The position numbers and the translations under genes were made by a program. The notes below the pieces were generated by a model, which did not search any database, had not been told where the DNA came from, and saw nothing but the letters and a program-made list of their open reading frames with translations. Source: an uncultured Verrucomicrobiae bacterium (lineage in GTDB: Bacteria; Verrucomicrobiota; Verrucomicrobiia; Palsa-1439). Taken from it: a stretch of 64,000 nucleotides of DNA. The stretch's first letter is position 1, and the number at the start of each line of letters is the position of its first letter. The stretch lies in NCBI GenBank assembly GCA_963812605.1, contig CAWEWF010000006.1, positions 410,942 to 474,941 of the forward strand, written 5' to 3'. Of this stretch, positions 23,070 to 34,000 are shown in pieces.

Positions 23070-23216
23070 GGCACTTGGAATGTGGAACGACTTATTTGCA
23101 ACACGATTCCCCTCTCCATTTGGCAAAGCCTAATAAACCTGCGAAGGAACCGCAAGCGGGACGCTCGCGCTACCAGAAGAAAGGCTGCCTTGGGATGAAT
23201 TCTGGTCCTGCTGAAA

Positions 23217-23276
23217 GTAGAACGGGCGTCTCGCCCGTTTTCCCATCTCAATGAACGGGTGCCTCGCCCATTCTAC
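23217..23276. repeat. REP-like imperfect palindrome
   Basis: gtagaacgggcgtctcgcccgtt ... aacgggtgcctcgcccattctac. Confidence 0.55.
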
Positions 23277-23281
23277 AAACA

Positions 23282-23313
23282 TAAAGGCCGTGCGCGTTAA
23301 CGCACGGCCTTTA
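23282..23313 (-). terminator. Terminator hairpin downstream of glnII
   Basis: taaaggccgtgcg-cgttaa-cgcacggccttta. Confidence 0.75.
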
Positions 23314-23349
23314 CAACGAATTACCGGGTTCGGCTGAAAGCCCGAAGCC

Positions 23350-24376
<1,027 letters not shown>

Positions 24377-24451
24377 GAGGATGAATTCCGAATGCTTTTA
24401 TTTTGATTTTGGGACGCTGAACTCGCCAGCGTTAACGGTGCTGCCCCGTCT

Positions 24452-24467
24452 AGCAGGCGAAATGCCA
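24452..24467 (-). promoter_or_regulatory. Probable sigma-54 promoter of glnII
   Basis: Minus strand TGGCATTTCGCCTGCT = TGGCA...GG-N10-GC. Confidence 0.6.
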
Positions 24468-24669
24468 TTGGGGGAAAGAACTCGCGTGACAACCGTCCGG
24501 AACGCGTTGAAAAGCCCGCCGACAGGGCGTTTCCTTCACATCGCCATTTCTGTTTTGAAAAACGCTCTCCGAACGACAACTGTATTTATTTGCTCGGGCT
24601 GCGCGATTTTCCTACCGTACAAAGTGTCTTTCCCAAGGGAAGTAAATGCGCCATAGTTGAAAGCCAAAC

Positions 24670-25053
24670 ATGCTGCCAGTGAAGGATACTCTCCGGGCGA
24701 CGGTCAAACTCAGTTTCGATGGCCGGGTGTACAAGACGTACCACGGCCCCGACGCAGCGGCGCGATTCGCCAAAGAGGTGCGGGTCCTGCGCCATCTCGA
24801 AGCTCGGGGATGCGGGTTTGTGCCCAGACTGCTCGAGGCCGATCCCCAACGACTCCGGATCATCACCACGAACTGTGGTAACCGCGTGGAGCATGTGGAT
24901 GCGAAACGCCTGCGGGAATTGTTTGCCGAGCTTGAGCCTTTCGGCGTCCGCCACGACGATCCCGACATCCGCAACGTGACCTACCGCCAGTCCGATGGGC
25001 GCTTTTGCCTGATCGATTTTGAGCTGGCCACCATCCTGCCGGGCTTCGAGTGA
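24670..25053 (+). CDS. Small kinase-fold protein
   Basis: VYK, EVRVLRHL, VRHDD...NV, LIDFE resemble minimal protein-kinase-like motifs. Confidence 0.7.
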   Translation: MLPVKDTLRATVKLSFDGRVYKTYHGPDAAARFAKEVRVLRHLEARGCGFVPRLLEADPQRLRIITTNCGNRVEHVDAKRLRELFAELEPFGVRHDDPDIRNVTYRQSDGRFCLIDFELATILPGFE

Positions 25054-25065
25054 CCGCGCACCGCC

Positions 25066-25910
25066 ATGGATCTTCAACGCCAAGTGCCCAGCCCCGAAAC
25101 GTCTCAAGTGGTTTGGCGAGACCGATCGCGGCAAGGTTCGCTCCAATAATGAGGACGCCTTCCTGGGTCTTCGGTTCGACTCCAAAGAAGTTCACCATCT
25201 GGGAAAGCACGGGGAGGCGCCGACGAAGACCACGGACTTTGTTTTCGCGGTGAGCGATGGGATGGGCGGGGCAAAGGCCGGGGAATACGCCAGCCGAATT
25301 ACGATTGAAAAAATCACGGCACTGCTCCCGCGCTCGTTCCAACAATCCGCCGTGGGATTGGCCGCCGGGTTTGAAGATGTGCTGACGGAGCTTTTCAATG
25401 AAATCCACGAGCGCGCTGACGTACGTGGGGAGCAGTTACCATGAGTGCGCGGGGATGGAGGCCACCCTGAGCCTGTGCTGGTTCACGCCGCGCTGGATGT
25501 ATTTCGCGCATATCGGCGACAGCCGGATTTATTATTTGCCGGCGCGGGGTGGCGGGATCAAACAACTCAGCCAGGATGACACGCACGTGGACTGGCTGTT
25601 CCGCACCGGGCAGATCAATGAACGCGAGGCCCGTTCCCACCCGCGCCGCAACGTGCTCCAAAAAGCCCTCGGCGGCGACAACCAGTTTGTCGATCCGCAA
25701 TTCGGCGCAGTGGCCTATGAGCCCGGGGACATTTTTCTGCTCTGCACGGATGGTTTGGTGGAAGGCCTCTACGACAACCATCTCCTCGACCTGTTGCGCC
25801 CGCCTAAATCCGCCAAATCGCACGCCAACCCCGCGCGCCGCCTGGTGCAGGAGTCGCTGGAGAAAGACGGCCGCGACAACACCACCGCCCTCGTGATCCA
25901 GATGGTGTGA
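25066..25910 (+). CDS. PP2C-family Ser/Thr phosphatase, frameshifts near 25095 and 25410
   Basis: TDRGKVRSNNED, VSDGMGG, HIGDSRIY, LCTDGL, GRDNTT. Confidence 0.88.
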
Positions 25911-25955
25911 GAAATCAGCTCCCCGCTTTGGACGATTTGCGAACCTTTAGAATTC
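25911..25955. repeat. tRNA-end-like att repeat (motif L), outlying copy
   Basis: gaaatcagctccccgctttggacgatttgcgaacct. Confidence 0.85.
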
Positions 25956-25999
25956 AGTTGCCGAGACCGACGACTGGGGCACACCGATATTAGCCTGCA

Positions 26000-26605
26000 T
26001 TATTTCTGTATCTCGTACGCTTCTGAAAAGTCCTGCTTCGATGGCGTCTCTTCGTCGAGACCTGCGCTCAACAACGGGGAAACACTCGGCATCGGGTGGA
26101 CATACCACTTGCCGTTGCTGTCCTTGATCACCATCGTCCGATTGAGCGCATGGTCGCCGTTTTGGAGGAAAACTCCAACATCCACGAACATAATATCCTG
26201 AAAGTCAAATGACGCGTAACCGTACGACGCGGGCCCACTCATGCTGAGATGGCGCGCCGCGAAAACCTTCCCGACGGACTTCGGTCCACCTGGTGAAGGC
26301 TCCTTCTTGGCAGCTTCCGCCCTCATTCCGGCCATCGTGTTCATGAGAAACGTCGCATAATCCGCCGGTCCCCTACCGCCTCCGTAAAGCCTGATGCAAG
26401 TATTGGTGAACAGTGCGACATCACGGTTAATAAATGCTCGTGCCAAATCGCAAGCTGCGCCCTCTGGTGTATCGTGGCCACTCGGATAACCATCGGCGGC
26501 CACTCTCAATTTCGGCTTTGTGGCCGTGTCGGCAGCGACGGAATAGAGAATCATTGTGAAGATACAAAAAAGTGTTGTAAGCGCTTTCATATTGCGTGCG
26601 TGCAT
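26000..26605 (-). CDS. Hypothetical secreted protein (cassette gene)
   Basis: Signal peptide MKALTTLFCIFTMILYSVAA; flanked by motif L and motif R. Confidence 0.75.
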   Translation of the reverse strand: MHARNMKALTTLFCIFTMILYSVAADTATKPKLRVAADGYPSGHDTPEGAACDLARAFINRDVALFTNTCIRLYGGGRGPADYATFLMNTMAGMRAEAAKKEPSPGGPKSVGKVFAARHLSMSGPASYGYASFDFQDIMFVDVGVFLQNGDHALNRTMVIKDSNGKWYVHPMPSVSPLLSAGLDEETPSKQDFSEAYEIQK

Positions 26606-26623
26606 GGTCAGCTATGTGAAGCC

Positions 26624-26664
26624 CATTAGACCTCTGATAGAACCCCTAGGAAAGCACAAAAAAA
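26624..26664 (-). repeat. Promoter-like repeat (motif R), outlying copy
   Basis: cattagacctctgatagaacccctaggaaagcacaaaa. Confidence 0.85.
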
Positions 26665-26696
26665 GACCCTACCACTTAGATATTGTGGGCTGGGCT

Positions 26697-28139
26697 TTAC
26701 AGATACGGTGAAAATAACCGCGCTACGGCGTCGCGTAGTTTTGCGGGTAACGATCGCGCATTCACTTCCGCCAACGTGACCTCGCGCGCGCCGTGAAGTT
26801 TCCGTTGAATCACCGCTTCCATTTCACGGGCGAAATCGTGTCCGTAACATTCGAGGTTCAATTCAAAATTCAACCGCAGGCTGCGCGCGTCCCAATTCGC
26901 CGAGCCGAGCAGGACCCAGTGGCCGTCCACGATCATCAATTTGGAGTGGTCGAAGGGCGGTGGGGTGAGCCAGACACGACAGCCGCGTTTCAGCACCTGC
27001 CACCATAGGGCTCGTGAGGCCCAATGCACGAACGGCAGGTTGTTCTTCGCCGGCAGCAGAATGTCCACCCGCACGTCCCGCATCGCCGCGAGGTTCAGCG
27101 CGGTGATGAGCGCCGTGTCCGGCAAAAAATACGGCGTAACAATCTGCACGGACATTTGCGCCTCAGCCAGCGCCGCCAGCAGCGCCCAGCGGAATTTTTC
27201 GAAATCCTCATCCGGCCCGTCCGTGATGACGCGCGCGATGACTTCCCCGCATTCTTTCAATTCGGGGAACCAGATGTCGCTGTCGAGTGTTTCGCCGGTG
27301 GTGAAGGCCCAATCATTCACAAACGCCTCCTGCAATCGCGTCACCACCGGGCCTTCGACGCGAAATTGCAAATCCTGCACGGCATGTTGCGGGTGTTCGG
27401 CCAGGACGTTGCTGCGGCGGATGTTCATGCCGCCGGTAAAAGCCGTCCGGCCATCCGCAACGAGAAGTTTGCGGTGATTGCGCAGGTTGATTGTTGTCAC
27501 GCGCCAGGGGGTCAACAAAGAAGCCGGCAGGAATTTCGCAAACGGGACCTGCGCGCGTTTCAGTCGGTGGGTGATGGGCGGCCACGAGTAGCGCGTGCCG
27601 GCCGCGTCAATTAACACGCGCACAACCACCCCGCGTTTGACAGCGCGGCCCAGCGCGTCAACAAACTGTTTTCCGCTGGGGTCGTTATCGAAAATGTAGG
27701 TCGTGAACGCAAGGGACTTGGTGGCGGACTCGATCGCGGCAATCATGGCGGGAAACGCCGCGTCGCCGTTGACCAGTGATTGGACGCGGTTGCCAGGCGT
27801 CAGCGGCTGCCCGACGACGTGACTGACAACGCGCGCGAGTTGTTGCAGGTGCTGCGCTTCCACAGCCTCGGTTTCACCCAAATCTTCCGGAATGGGACGG
27901 CTGGTGATTTTATGTATGCCGAGGGAGATGGCGCGTCGGCGAATGCGGTTGATGCCGAACACCAGATACAGCATCGGCCCGAGCACCGGCAGAAACCAGA
28001 TGAGACCGATCCAGAGCGCCGCGGCACGCGAATCGCGCTTGTGTAGCAGGACGTGGATCGCGGCGAGCAGCGCCGCCAGGAAGCCAAAGCCCGCAACCAA
28101 ATGCGGCCAAAACCTCGAAATCGCCTGGGGCCAGTCCAT
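26697..28139 (-). CDS. cls: Cardiolipin synthase (PLD family)
   Basis: Two HKD motifs (RNHRKLLVADG, HSKLMIVDG), N-terminal TMs. Confidence 0.92.
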   Translation of the reverse strand: MDWPQAISRFWPHLVAGFGFLAALLAAIHVLLHKRDSRAAALWIGLIWFLPVLGPMLYLVFGINRIRRRAISLGIHKITSRPIPEDLGETEAVEAQHLQQLARVVSHVVGQPLTPGNRVQSLVNGDAAFPAMIAAIESATKSLAFTTYIFDNDPSGKQFVDALGRAVKRGVVVRVLIDAAGTRYSWPPITHRLKRAQVPFAKFLPASLLTPWRVTTINLRNHRKLLVADGRTAFTGGMNIRRSNVLAEHPQHAVQDLQFRVEGPVVTRLQEAFVNDWAFTTGETLDSDIWFPELKECGEVIARVITDGPDEDFEKFRWALLAALAEAQMSVQIVTPYFLPDTALITALNLAAMRDVRVDILLPAKNNLPFVHWASRALWWQVLKRGCRVWLTPPPFDHSKLMIVDGHWVLLGSANWDARSLRLNFELNLECYGHDFAREMEAVIQRKLHGAREVTLAEVNARSLPAKLRDAVARLFSPYL

Positions 28140-28213
28140 GGATGGAATACTTTTAGTGGAAGCGACTGCCCGACGCGAGGATTTAGAAGACCGGCTGGGT
28201 TGTCCGCCAAAAG

Positions 28214-28278
28214 GAAAGTTGGCTCCCCGCTTTGGACGGTATGCGAACCTTATGTTTTGAACTTCTGAGGGTTTCCGA
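28214..28278. repeat. tRNA-end-like att repeat (motif L), outlying copy
   Basis: gttggctccccgctttggacggtatgcgaaccttatgttttgaacttctgagggtttccg. Confidence 0.85.
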
Positions 28279-28309
28279 GCTAATAGAAGCCACGATCAAA
28301 TAAGGGGTA

Positions 28310-28894
28310 TCATTGATTGAGACCCGCCCGAGGAATTTTGGTCTTCGCGAGTCTCAAAACCCCCTTCCAAGCCAGAAGATGTTGCGTGCCTTGAGGTGGG
28401 CTAACTGCGAATGTGGCGGAGAGAAAGTAATCGTCCCGAGATTCAGCTGGTATGAGCCAAATACCCCCCAATCCGACAGACACTCCTCCCTGTTTAGAGG
28501 CGAACGTGTAACCGCTAGTAGAAACACGAAATCTCAATGTCGAATCGTACGGGATGACAATCCAATAAGGTGACGGCATCTGGATGCTGAGGGCGCAGGG
28601 CGGTGTAGGTGGTGGAGGTTTACCTGAAGAGTCGAGCACTTCAGATTCCAATGGGTTTACAGTGTTGTAGAAAATTTCCATCGGGCCGTTAATATTCAAA
28701 GCGTTTTGGAGTTCCAAATACACGACCGTCTCCCGCACGTTACCAATCCACCGCCCTTCCCCGGAGATCACCAATCGTCCTCGCAGTCCGTTGACCGTTT
28801 CAGACCAATCACCGACCGACATTGTATTGGTTCCCGCAGCTGCGATACAGCATTGAGAGCATACTAAGAGGAAGGAAAGTGCCATGGCTTTCAT
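28310..28894 (-). CDS. Hypothetical secreted protein (cassette-like gene)
   Basis: Signal peptide, GDWSETVNGLRGRL; visibly more AT-rich; ends just before motif L. Confidence 0.75.
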   Translation of the reverse strand: MKAMALSFLLVCSQCCIAAAGTNTMSVGDWSETVNGLRGRLVISGEGRWIGNVRETVVYLELQNALNINGPMEIFYNTVNPLESEVLDSSGKPPPPTPPCALSIQMPSPYWIVIPYDSTLRFRVSTSGYTFASKQGGVSVGLGGIWLIPAESRDDYFLSATFAVSPPQGTQHLLAWKGVLRLAKTKIPRAGLNQ

Positions 28895-29038
28895 GATGTG
28901 CGGATTCCACCAACCATTTGATTATGCCACGCGCAGCGTCACGATTGCGAATTAAAACGATGCGTTACCGTGCGCGTCCGCAGGTAGAACTCGAACCTCC
29001 GCTGACACCCCAGCCACCAGCCAGAGGCATGCTGACGA

Positions 29039-29809
29039 TCACAATCGCTGCACGGTCAGTCCGCCATCGACCATGATGACCTGGCCGGTGGAATACGGCA
29101 GGGCTCCGCCTGCCAGAGCTGCGACCGCTTTCCCCACGTCTTCGGGCGTGCCCCAACGGCGCTGGATTGCCAGGCCCTCGTCGAGTAACTTGTCGTACTT
29201 TTCCTGCACGCCCGCGGTCATGTCGGTCTTGATGATGCCGGGGCGCACCTCGTACACGGGGATGGCGAACTCGCCAAGCCGCGCGGCCCAAAGTTGTGTC
29301 GCCATCGCCACGCCCGCCTTGGAGATGCAGTATTCGCCACGGTTCACGGACGCGACGGTGGCCGAGATTGAGGAGACATTGACGATGCACCCGGCAAAGT
29401 TTGCGTCGCCGTTCTTCTGTTCGACCATCCACTTCGCGACCTCCTGCGTCAGAAAATACGGGCCTTGCAGGTTTGTCCGCACAACGTGTTCGAAACTCGC
29501 TTCCGTCGCCTCCAGGATGTCGCGGCGTTCCTGCGGCGCGACTCCGGCATTGTTAACAAGCACGTGCAACCGGCCGAAACGCTGTCGGACTGCCGCGATC
29601 ATTCGTGCGCGCGCCTCGCGGTCGGCCACGTCGCTCTGGCGGTACAACACTTCGGCGCCGAGCTTGCGCAAAGCCGCCAGCGCATCGGCCACGGCGTTCT
29701 CGGATCGCAAGCCGCACACGGCGAGATCCAATCCGTCGCCTGCCAGGGCTTGGGCGATGCCAAACCCGATACCGCGTGATCCCCCGGTGATGAGAGCCAC
29801 TCGTTTCAT
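29039..29809 (-). CDS. SDR oxidoreductase (3-ketoacyl-ACP reductase-like)
   Basis: TGGSRGIG, NNAG, YCISK. Confidence 0.92.
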   Translation of the reverse strand: MKRVALITGGSRGIGFGIAQALAGDGLDLAVCGLRSENAVADALAALRKLGAEVLYRQSDVADREARARMIAAVRQRFGRLHVLVNNAGVAPQERRDILEATEASFEHVVRTNLQGPYFLTQEVAKWMVEQKNGDANFAGCIVNVSSISATVASVNRGEYCISKAGVAMATQLWAARLGEFAIPVYEVRPGIIKTDMTAGVQEKYDKLLDEGLAIQRRWGTPEDVGKAVAALAGGALPYSTGQVIMVDGGLTVQRL

Positions 29810-31278
29810 GACGTGGATGATTTCTTGATTTGTTTTAACAATGCTGCGGCAGGACTGCGCTTGTAATGGTCGTCCAACGGATAGCACCCGGACGGCAATC
29901 CGTGACGCGGCGCCGTCGTGCAATCGCTAAACGTCCGACAAATCTGCCGATGCTCGAGATGCCCCTGCTCCACTGCGTCCGCGAGCACGCGCGGATAGCT
30001 TAACACCACGCGACCGATGCCCACGCTGTCGACGTGCCCGTGCCGCAGGTAATACTGCGCCACGTGCGGAAGATATTCCTGCAGGTAGGTGTACGCCGAG
30101 CCGACGATGAGCAGGTTGGGAAACTTCGCCTTGAGTTCCCGGACCACGTTGATTTGCCGCGCGCAGCCGACAAGCGGATCCTCCGGCGGCAGGTAGCCGT
30201 CGGATGGTGGATAGGCGGCCGGCCGCTGGATGTGCGGATTGTAGTACGGACTGCCGGCCGATAGATTGATCAGCGTGATGCCGAGCCGCTCGCAGAGGCG
30301 AAGAAACTCAACGGCCTCGGTCAGGTCGTATTCCAGCGGGTTCTCCGCATTGACACCGAACGCATATCGGTACGGCAAACAATGCGAAAAATCCTCGGGG
30401 ATACCCGGTCCAGGTTTACCCGGTTTACTGAGCAGGGGATCGGGTTTGAAGGGCACGATGTCGAAAATGCTGACGCGCACCGCGAGGCCCAGTTTCGGGG
30501 CGGCGGCGCGAACGGCTGCCGCGATCTCGCGCAGCGGTCGTGTGCGATTCTCGAACGAACCGCCATATTGCCCGGCGCGTGTGTGAGCGCCGAGAAACTC
30601 GTGGAGCAGATAGCCGTGACAGTGCTTGATGTCCACGAAGTCTGCGCCCACCGCGGCGGCAATCCCGGCCGCCTTCGCATAGTCCTCGACGAGCTGTTTC
30701 ACTTCATCATCACTGAGAACCTGCGCGTCGCTCGTGACGCCGAATTTTGCGTCGAGAATCGGGTGTCGATAAGCCACGCGCGGTTCCGTCCGCTTTTTGT
30801 CATTCGGACGGCAGAAGCGCCCCGAATGCGTGAGTTGGAACCCGATCACGAGATCGTCGATGCGGCCAAAACCTTCGTGGTGGGCCGCGACCAGGGTTTC
30901 GCGTAACTGTGCCAGCCCTTTCTGGTTCGTATCATTAATAATGATCTGATTCGGATTGGCGCGACCTTCCGGGCACACCGCCATCGCTTCGCCGCCCCAA
31001 ATGAGTTTCGCGCCACTCGCGCCGAAATGCCGCCAGCGACGCATCATCGGCTCAGTAATACCGCCAGTGGTCGTGCCATCCCATCCTTCCATCGGCTGGA
31101 CACACCAGCGGTTGCCAATGGCGCGATTGTTCCACCGCAGCGTCCGCACCAACGGGGACGAGCTGCCACGGACAATTGTGTCTTCCGCGTGCAAATCGAT
31201 GCCGAGACCGGCGGCGTGGTCGCGAAACGCCTGAACCGTTCGCAAGCCGGGAATCCGCGTGATGGTGACGGGATTCAT
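29806..31278 (-). CDS. NADH:flavin oxidoreductase (Old Yellow Enzyme family)
   Basis: QPMEGWD, QLTHSGR, KHCHGYLLHEFL, YGGSFENRTR. Confidence 0.9.
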   Translation of the reverse strand: MNPVTITRIPGLRTVQAFRDHAAGLGIDLHAEDTIVRGSSSPLVRTLRWNNRAIGNRWCVQPMEGWDGTTTGGITEPMMRRWRHFGASGAKLIWGGEAMAVCPEGRANPNQIIINDTNQKGLAQLRETLVAAHHEGFGRIDDLVIGFQLTHSGRFCRPNDKKRTEPRVAYRHPILDAKFGVTSDAQVLSDDEVKQLVEDYAKAAGIAAAVGADFVDIKHCHGYLLHEFLGAHTRAGQYGGSFENRTRPLREIAAAVRAAAPKLGLAVRVSIFDIVPFKPDPLLSKPGKPGPGIPEDFSHCLPYRYAFGVNAENPLEYDLTEAVEFLRLCERLGITLINLSAGSPYYNPHIQRPAAYPPSDGYLPPEDPLVGCARQINVVRELKAKFPNLLIVGSAYTYLQEYLPHVAQYYLRHGHVDSVGIGRVVLSYPRVLADAVEQGHLEHRQICRTFSDCTTAPRHGLPSGCYPLDDHYKRSPAAALLKQIKKSSTS

Positions 31279-32606
31279 AAAAAGAACTTCAAGTACGGCT
31301 TCCCTTCGGCGATTCGCTGCACATACAACGCAACTTCGCGGGCGTGATAATCCCCCCACATGCTGGACTCGCCGCAGGGAACTTTGTGATTTGGCGGCAC
31401 GTGGTCCCAGCCATTCGGACGGTGGTACACGCTATGGAGAATCAGTCCTTGATGCCCGGCCCGGGCACCGAGATATGGTTCATCGAACAACGTGTCGAGG
31501 ATCGTCAGCCCGGCCTGCCAGTAGAGCGCTCCAGCCTTGCCGAGATAGCGCCCGAGCCGCAGCAAGCCTTGCGCGGCGATCACCGCCGCCGAGCTGTCCA
31601 CCGGCTCGAAGTCATTGAATGGATCGGCCGGCCGAGCCAGATAATCCCCCAGCTCGTGCAGCCCTGGCGCTCCTGTGTCCCAGTACGGGATGCCGTCAGT
31701 CGGGGTGTTGGCGATGTAGAAATCACAGGTCGCGCGCGCCGCCTTTTCGAACAACGCCCGGTGTCGCTTCTCTCCCGTGGCGTCGAGGAATTCCAGTTGT
31801 TCCGCGAACCCGCACATTGCCCACGCCAGTCCACGGGTCCAGGTCGTAAACGGCGAGTAGCCTTGTTGCGAATTGGGACAACGAAAACTGCCGTCGTTGA
31901 CATTGAAAATGGCCTCGTGCGCGACGCGTCCACGGACGTCAAACGCGTCGCGATGTTTACCGTAATAAATCGAGTACGTCGCGGTCGCGCGCACATGGTC
32001 GAGCAATCGCTCCAACAGCGAGATTCTCTTGTCGCTTTCGCCCATCAACACCTGCCCCAGTTGGTGCGCCATGGCCAGCGAGCGCAACGAGCGGATCGTG
32101 TCCACGAACAACGAATGGGGACCATTGAAGGAATAGATGTAGCCGCCGTCGCGAAGTTTCGTCCAGCGACTTGCCTGGACAGCGCCCGAACACTTCAGCG
32201 CCAGTTCGTAGAAATTGCGTTCCCAGGCGTTCTCCGCGATGCGACCCTCATTCATCAACCGCAACAAATTCCCGTACGTGCTAATGTTGTTGAATCCGTG
32301 GTCGTGCACGCCGGTGTGCGTGACGTGGCCCGCCATCACCTGCACCGTTTTCTCGCGGCCGATCCGCAGATACCGCTTGTCGCCCGTGGCATCGAACTGC
32401 AGGATCGCGGAACCGTATTGAAATCCCTGGGTCCATTCCGTCCACCCGCGCGCGGTATATTGTCCGCGCACGGTGAACACCGGCGAACCCTTCGAGGTAT
32501 CATAGCGCTTCTCGATGGCAGCGATTTTGGCCGACGACAACCGCCACAGGCGGTCGATTTTCCCGTGGAGGTGCGCGGGCCGCAGCGCGTGGTTGATCCT
32601 GAGCAT
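31275..32606 (-). CDS. GH88-like unsaturated glucuronyl hydrolase
   Basis: WTQGF, HDHGF, TWTRGLAWA, PYWD, DSSAA, WGDY. Confidence 0.85.
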   Translation of the reverse strand: MLRINHALRPAHLHGKIDRLWRLSSAKIAAIEKRYDTSKGSPVFTVRGQYTARGWTEWTQGFQYGSAILQFDATGDKRYLRIGREKTVQVMAGHVTHTGVHDHGFNNISTYGNLLRLMNEGRIAENAWERNFYELALKCSGAVQASRWTKLRDGGYIYSFNGPHSLFVDTIRSLRSLAMAHQLGQVLMGESDKRISLLERLLDHVRATATYSIYYGKHRDAFDVRGRVAHEAIFNVNDGSFRCPNSQQGYSPFTTWTRGLAWAMCGFAEQLEFLDATGEKRHRALFEKAARATCDFYIANTPTDGIPYWDTGAPGLHELGDYLARPADPFNDFEPVDSSAAVIAAQGLLRLGRYLGKAGALYWQAGLTILDTLFDEPYLGARAGHQGLILHSVYHRPNGWDHVPPNHKVPCGESSMWGDYHAREVALYVQRIAEGKPYLKFFL

Positions 32607-32610
32607 AATG

Positions 32611-33153
32611 CTAGAAGCGTTTCCCCTTGCGCAGGTGCAGGATGATGACCTGGCAATTGTCCAGCGCCTGGTAGGTGTGATGCAGGATCGCGTCGAATTG
32701 GATCGCCTCGCCCGATTTCAGTTGGTGCGTCTCGTGCGGAAGCGTAACGGAAAGTTTACCCGACAACACCCAGCACACCTCGTAGTCGTCGCGATGTATT
32801 TCCGGGCGCGAAACCTTGGCGCCCTTGGGCGCGGCCCCGAACAAGGCGCGCACATTGCCGTACTGAATCTCGCGGAACACGAATTCGCCGCCGACATGGG
32901 ATGCCTCCACCGCGCGCTGGGACGTACGGGCCTCTGCCAGCGCCAGCATCTCGGTGGCATTCATGCCGAACACGCGACTGAGTCGAAACAATGTCTCCAA
33001 CTCGGCGCTGGTCTGGTTGCGTTCGAGCTTGGAGATGACGGCGGAAGAGATGCCCGAACGCGACGACACATTTTGGATCGTCAGCCCGTCTCGTTTGCGC
33101 AGGTCGCGCAGGAAAGAGAAATCGTACGCCCGCGTTTCCGTAGTTTTACGCAT
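32611..33153 (-). CDS. XRE-family regulator with cupin domain
   Basis: HTH (SGIS..VISKLER) plus cupin (GEAIQFDA..HHTY). Confidence 0.9.
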   Translation of the reverse strand: MRKTTETRAYDFSFLRDLRKRDGLTIQNVSSRSGISSAVISKLERNQTSAELETLFRLSRVFGMNATEMLALAEARTSQRAVEASHVGGEFVFREIQYGNVRALFGAAPKGAKVSRPEIHRDDYEVCWVLSGKLSVTLPHETHQLKSGEAIQFDAILHHTYQALDNCQVIILHLRKGKRF

Positions 33154-33272
33154 CTGGATATTTCTTTGACAGCAACAACATGCGTAATAATCGACTGTTT
33201 GCGAAATATTGTCAAGGGAATAAACACCGTTTGCAAAACAGGATTACCCGGTCTAGTTTCGTCTGAAGGCAG

Positions 33273-33816
33273 ATGATGGCATTCGACCTGGAGAATATCC
33301 CGACGCGCAATCAGGCGGGCGCATTTCACGTGGTCGTTGAATCGCCCCGCGGGTCAGGCATCAAATTCAAGTACGAAACCGATTCTCGGCGCAATGGTCT
33401 TCGACCGCCCTCTCACAAGCGGCTTGGTCTATCCGTTCGACTGGGGTTTCGTGCCGGGTACGCGGGCCCCGGATGGTGATCCTTTGGATGCGCTGGTGAT
33501 GTTTGATCAACCCACCTTTCCCGGGGTTGTTATTGCCTGCCGTGCCCTGGGAGTCATCCGTCTGAAGCAAAAGCGTCACAAGCAAAAACATTGGCAGCGC
33601 AACGATCGAGTGATTGCCGTCCCGCTGAAAGCGCCCCGCTTCGAACACCTGCGCGATCCCGGTGATTTATCGCAACGCCAGCGAGACGAATTGGACCAGT
33701 TTTTCCTGTCCGCCATTCTGTTCGAGGATAAAGAGGCAAAAGTATTGGGCTGGGGCGGATCCCGCGAGGCCGAAAACCTCGTGGATAGCACCTGCACTTC
33801 CCGCAAATGCTCCTAG
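33273..33816 (+). CDS. ppa: Inorganic pyrophosphatase, frameshift near 33378
   Basis: VVESPRGS..KFKYE, YPFDWGFVPGT, DGDPLD. Confidence 0.85.
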
Positions 33817-34000
33817 GGAGTCGGCTGCTGCCCGAATCAGATTTCGTCTGATTGAAGCGCCTGCGATTCCGAAGGATTGTCGGGTGTACAGATTCGGGTT
33901 TTGAACAGGAGGCGGTTACATGAATGGAGCAACCAGGCCACTGGGCGCTGCCGAAAACAAGGATCCGGCTGGGCCATTTCCTTTTTTGGAAACGCCGCCG

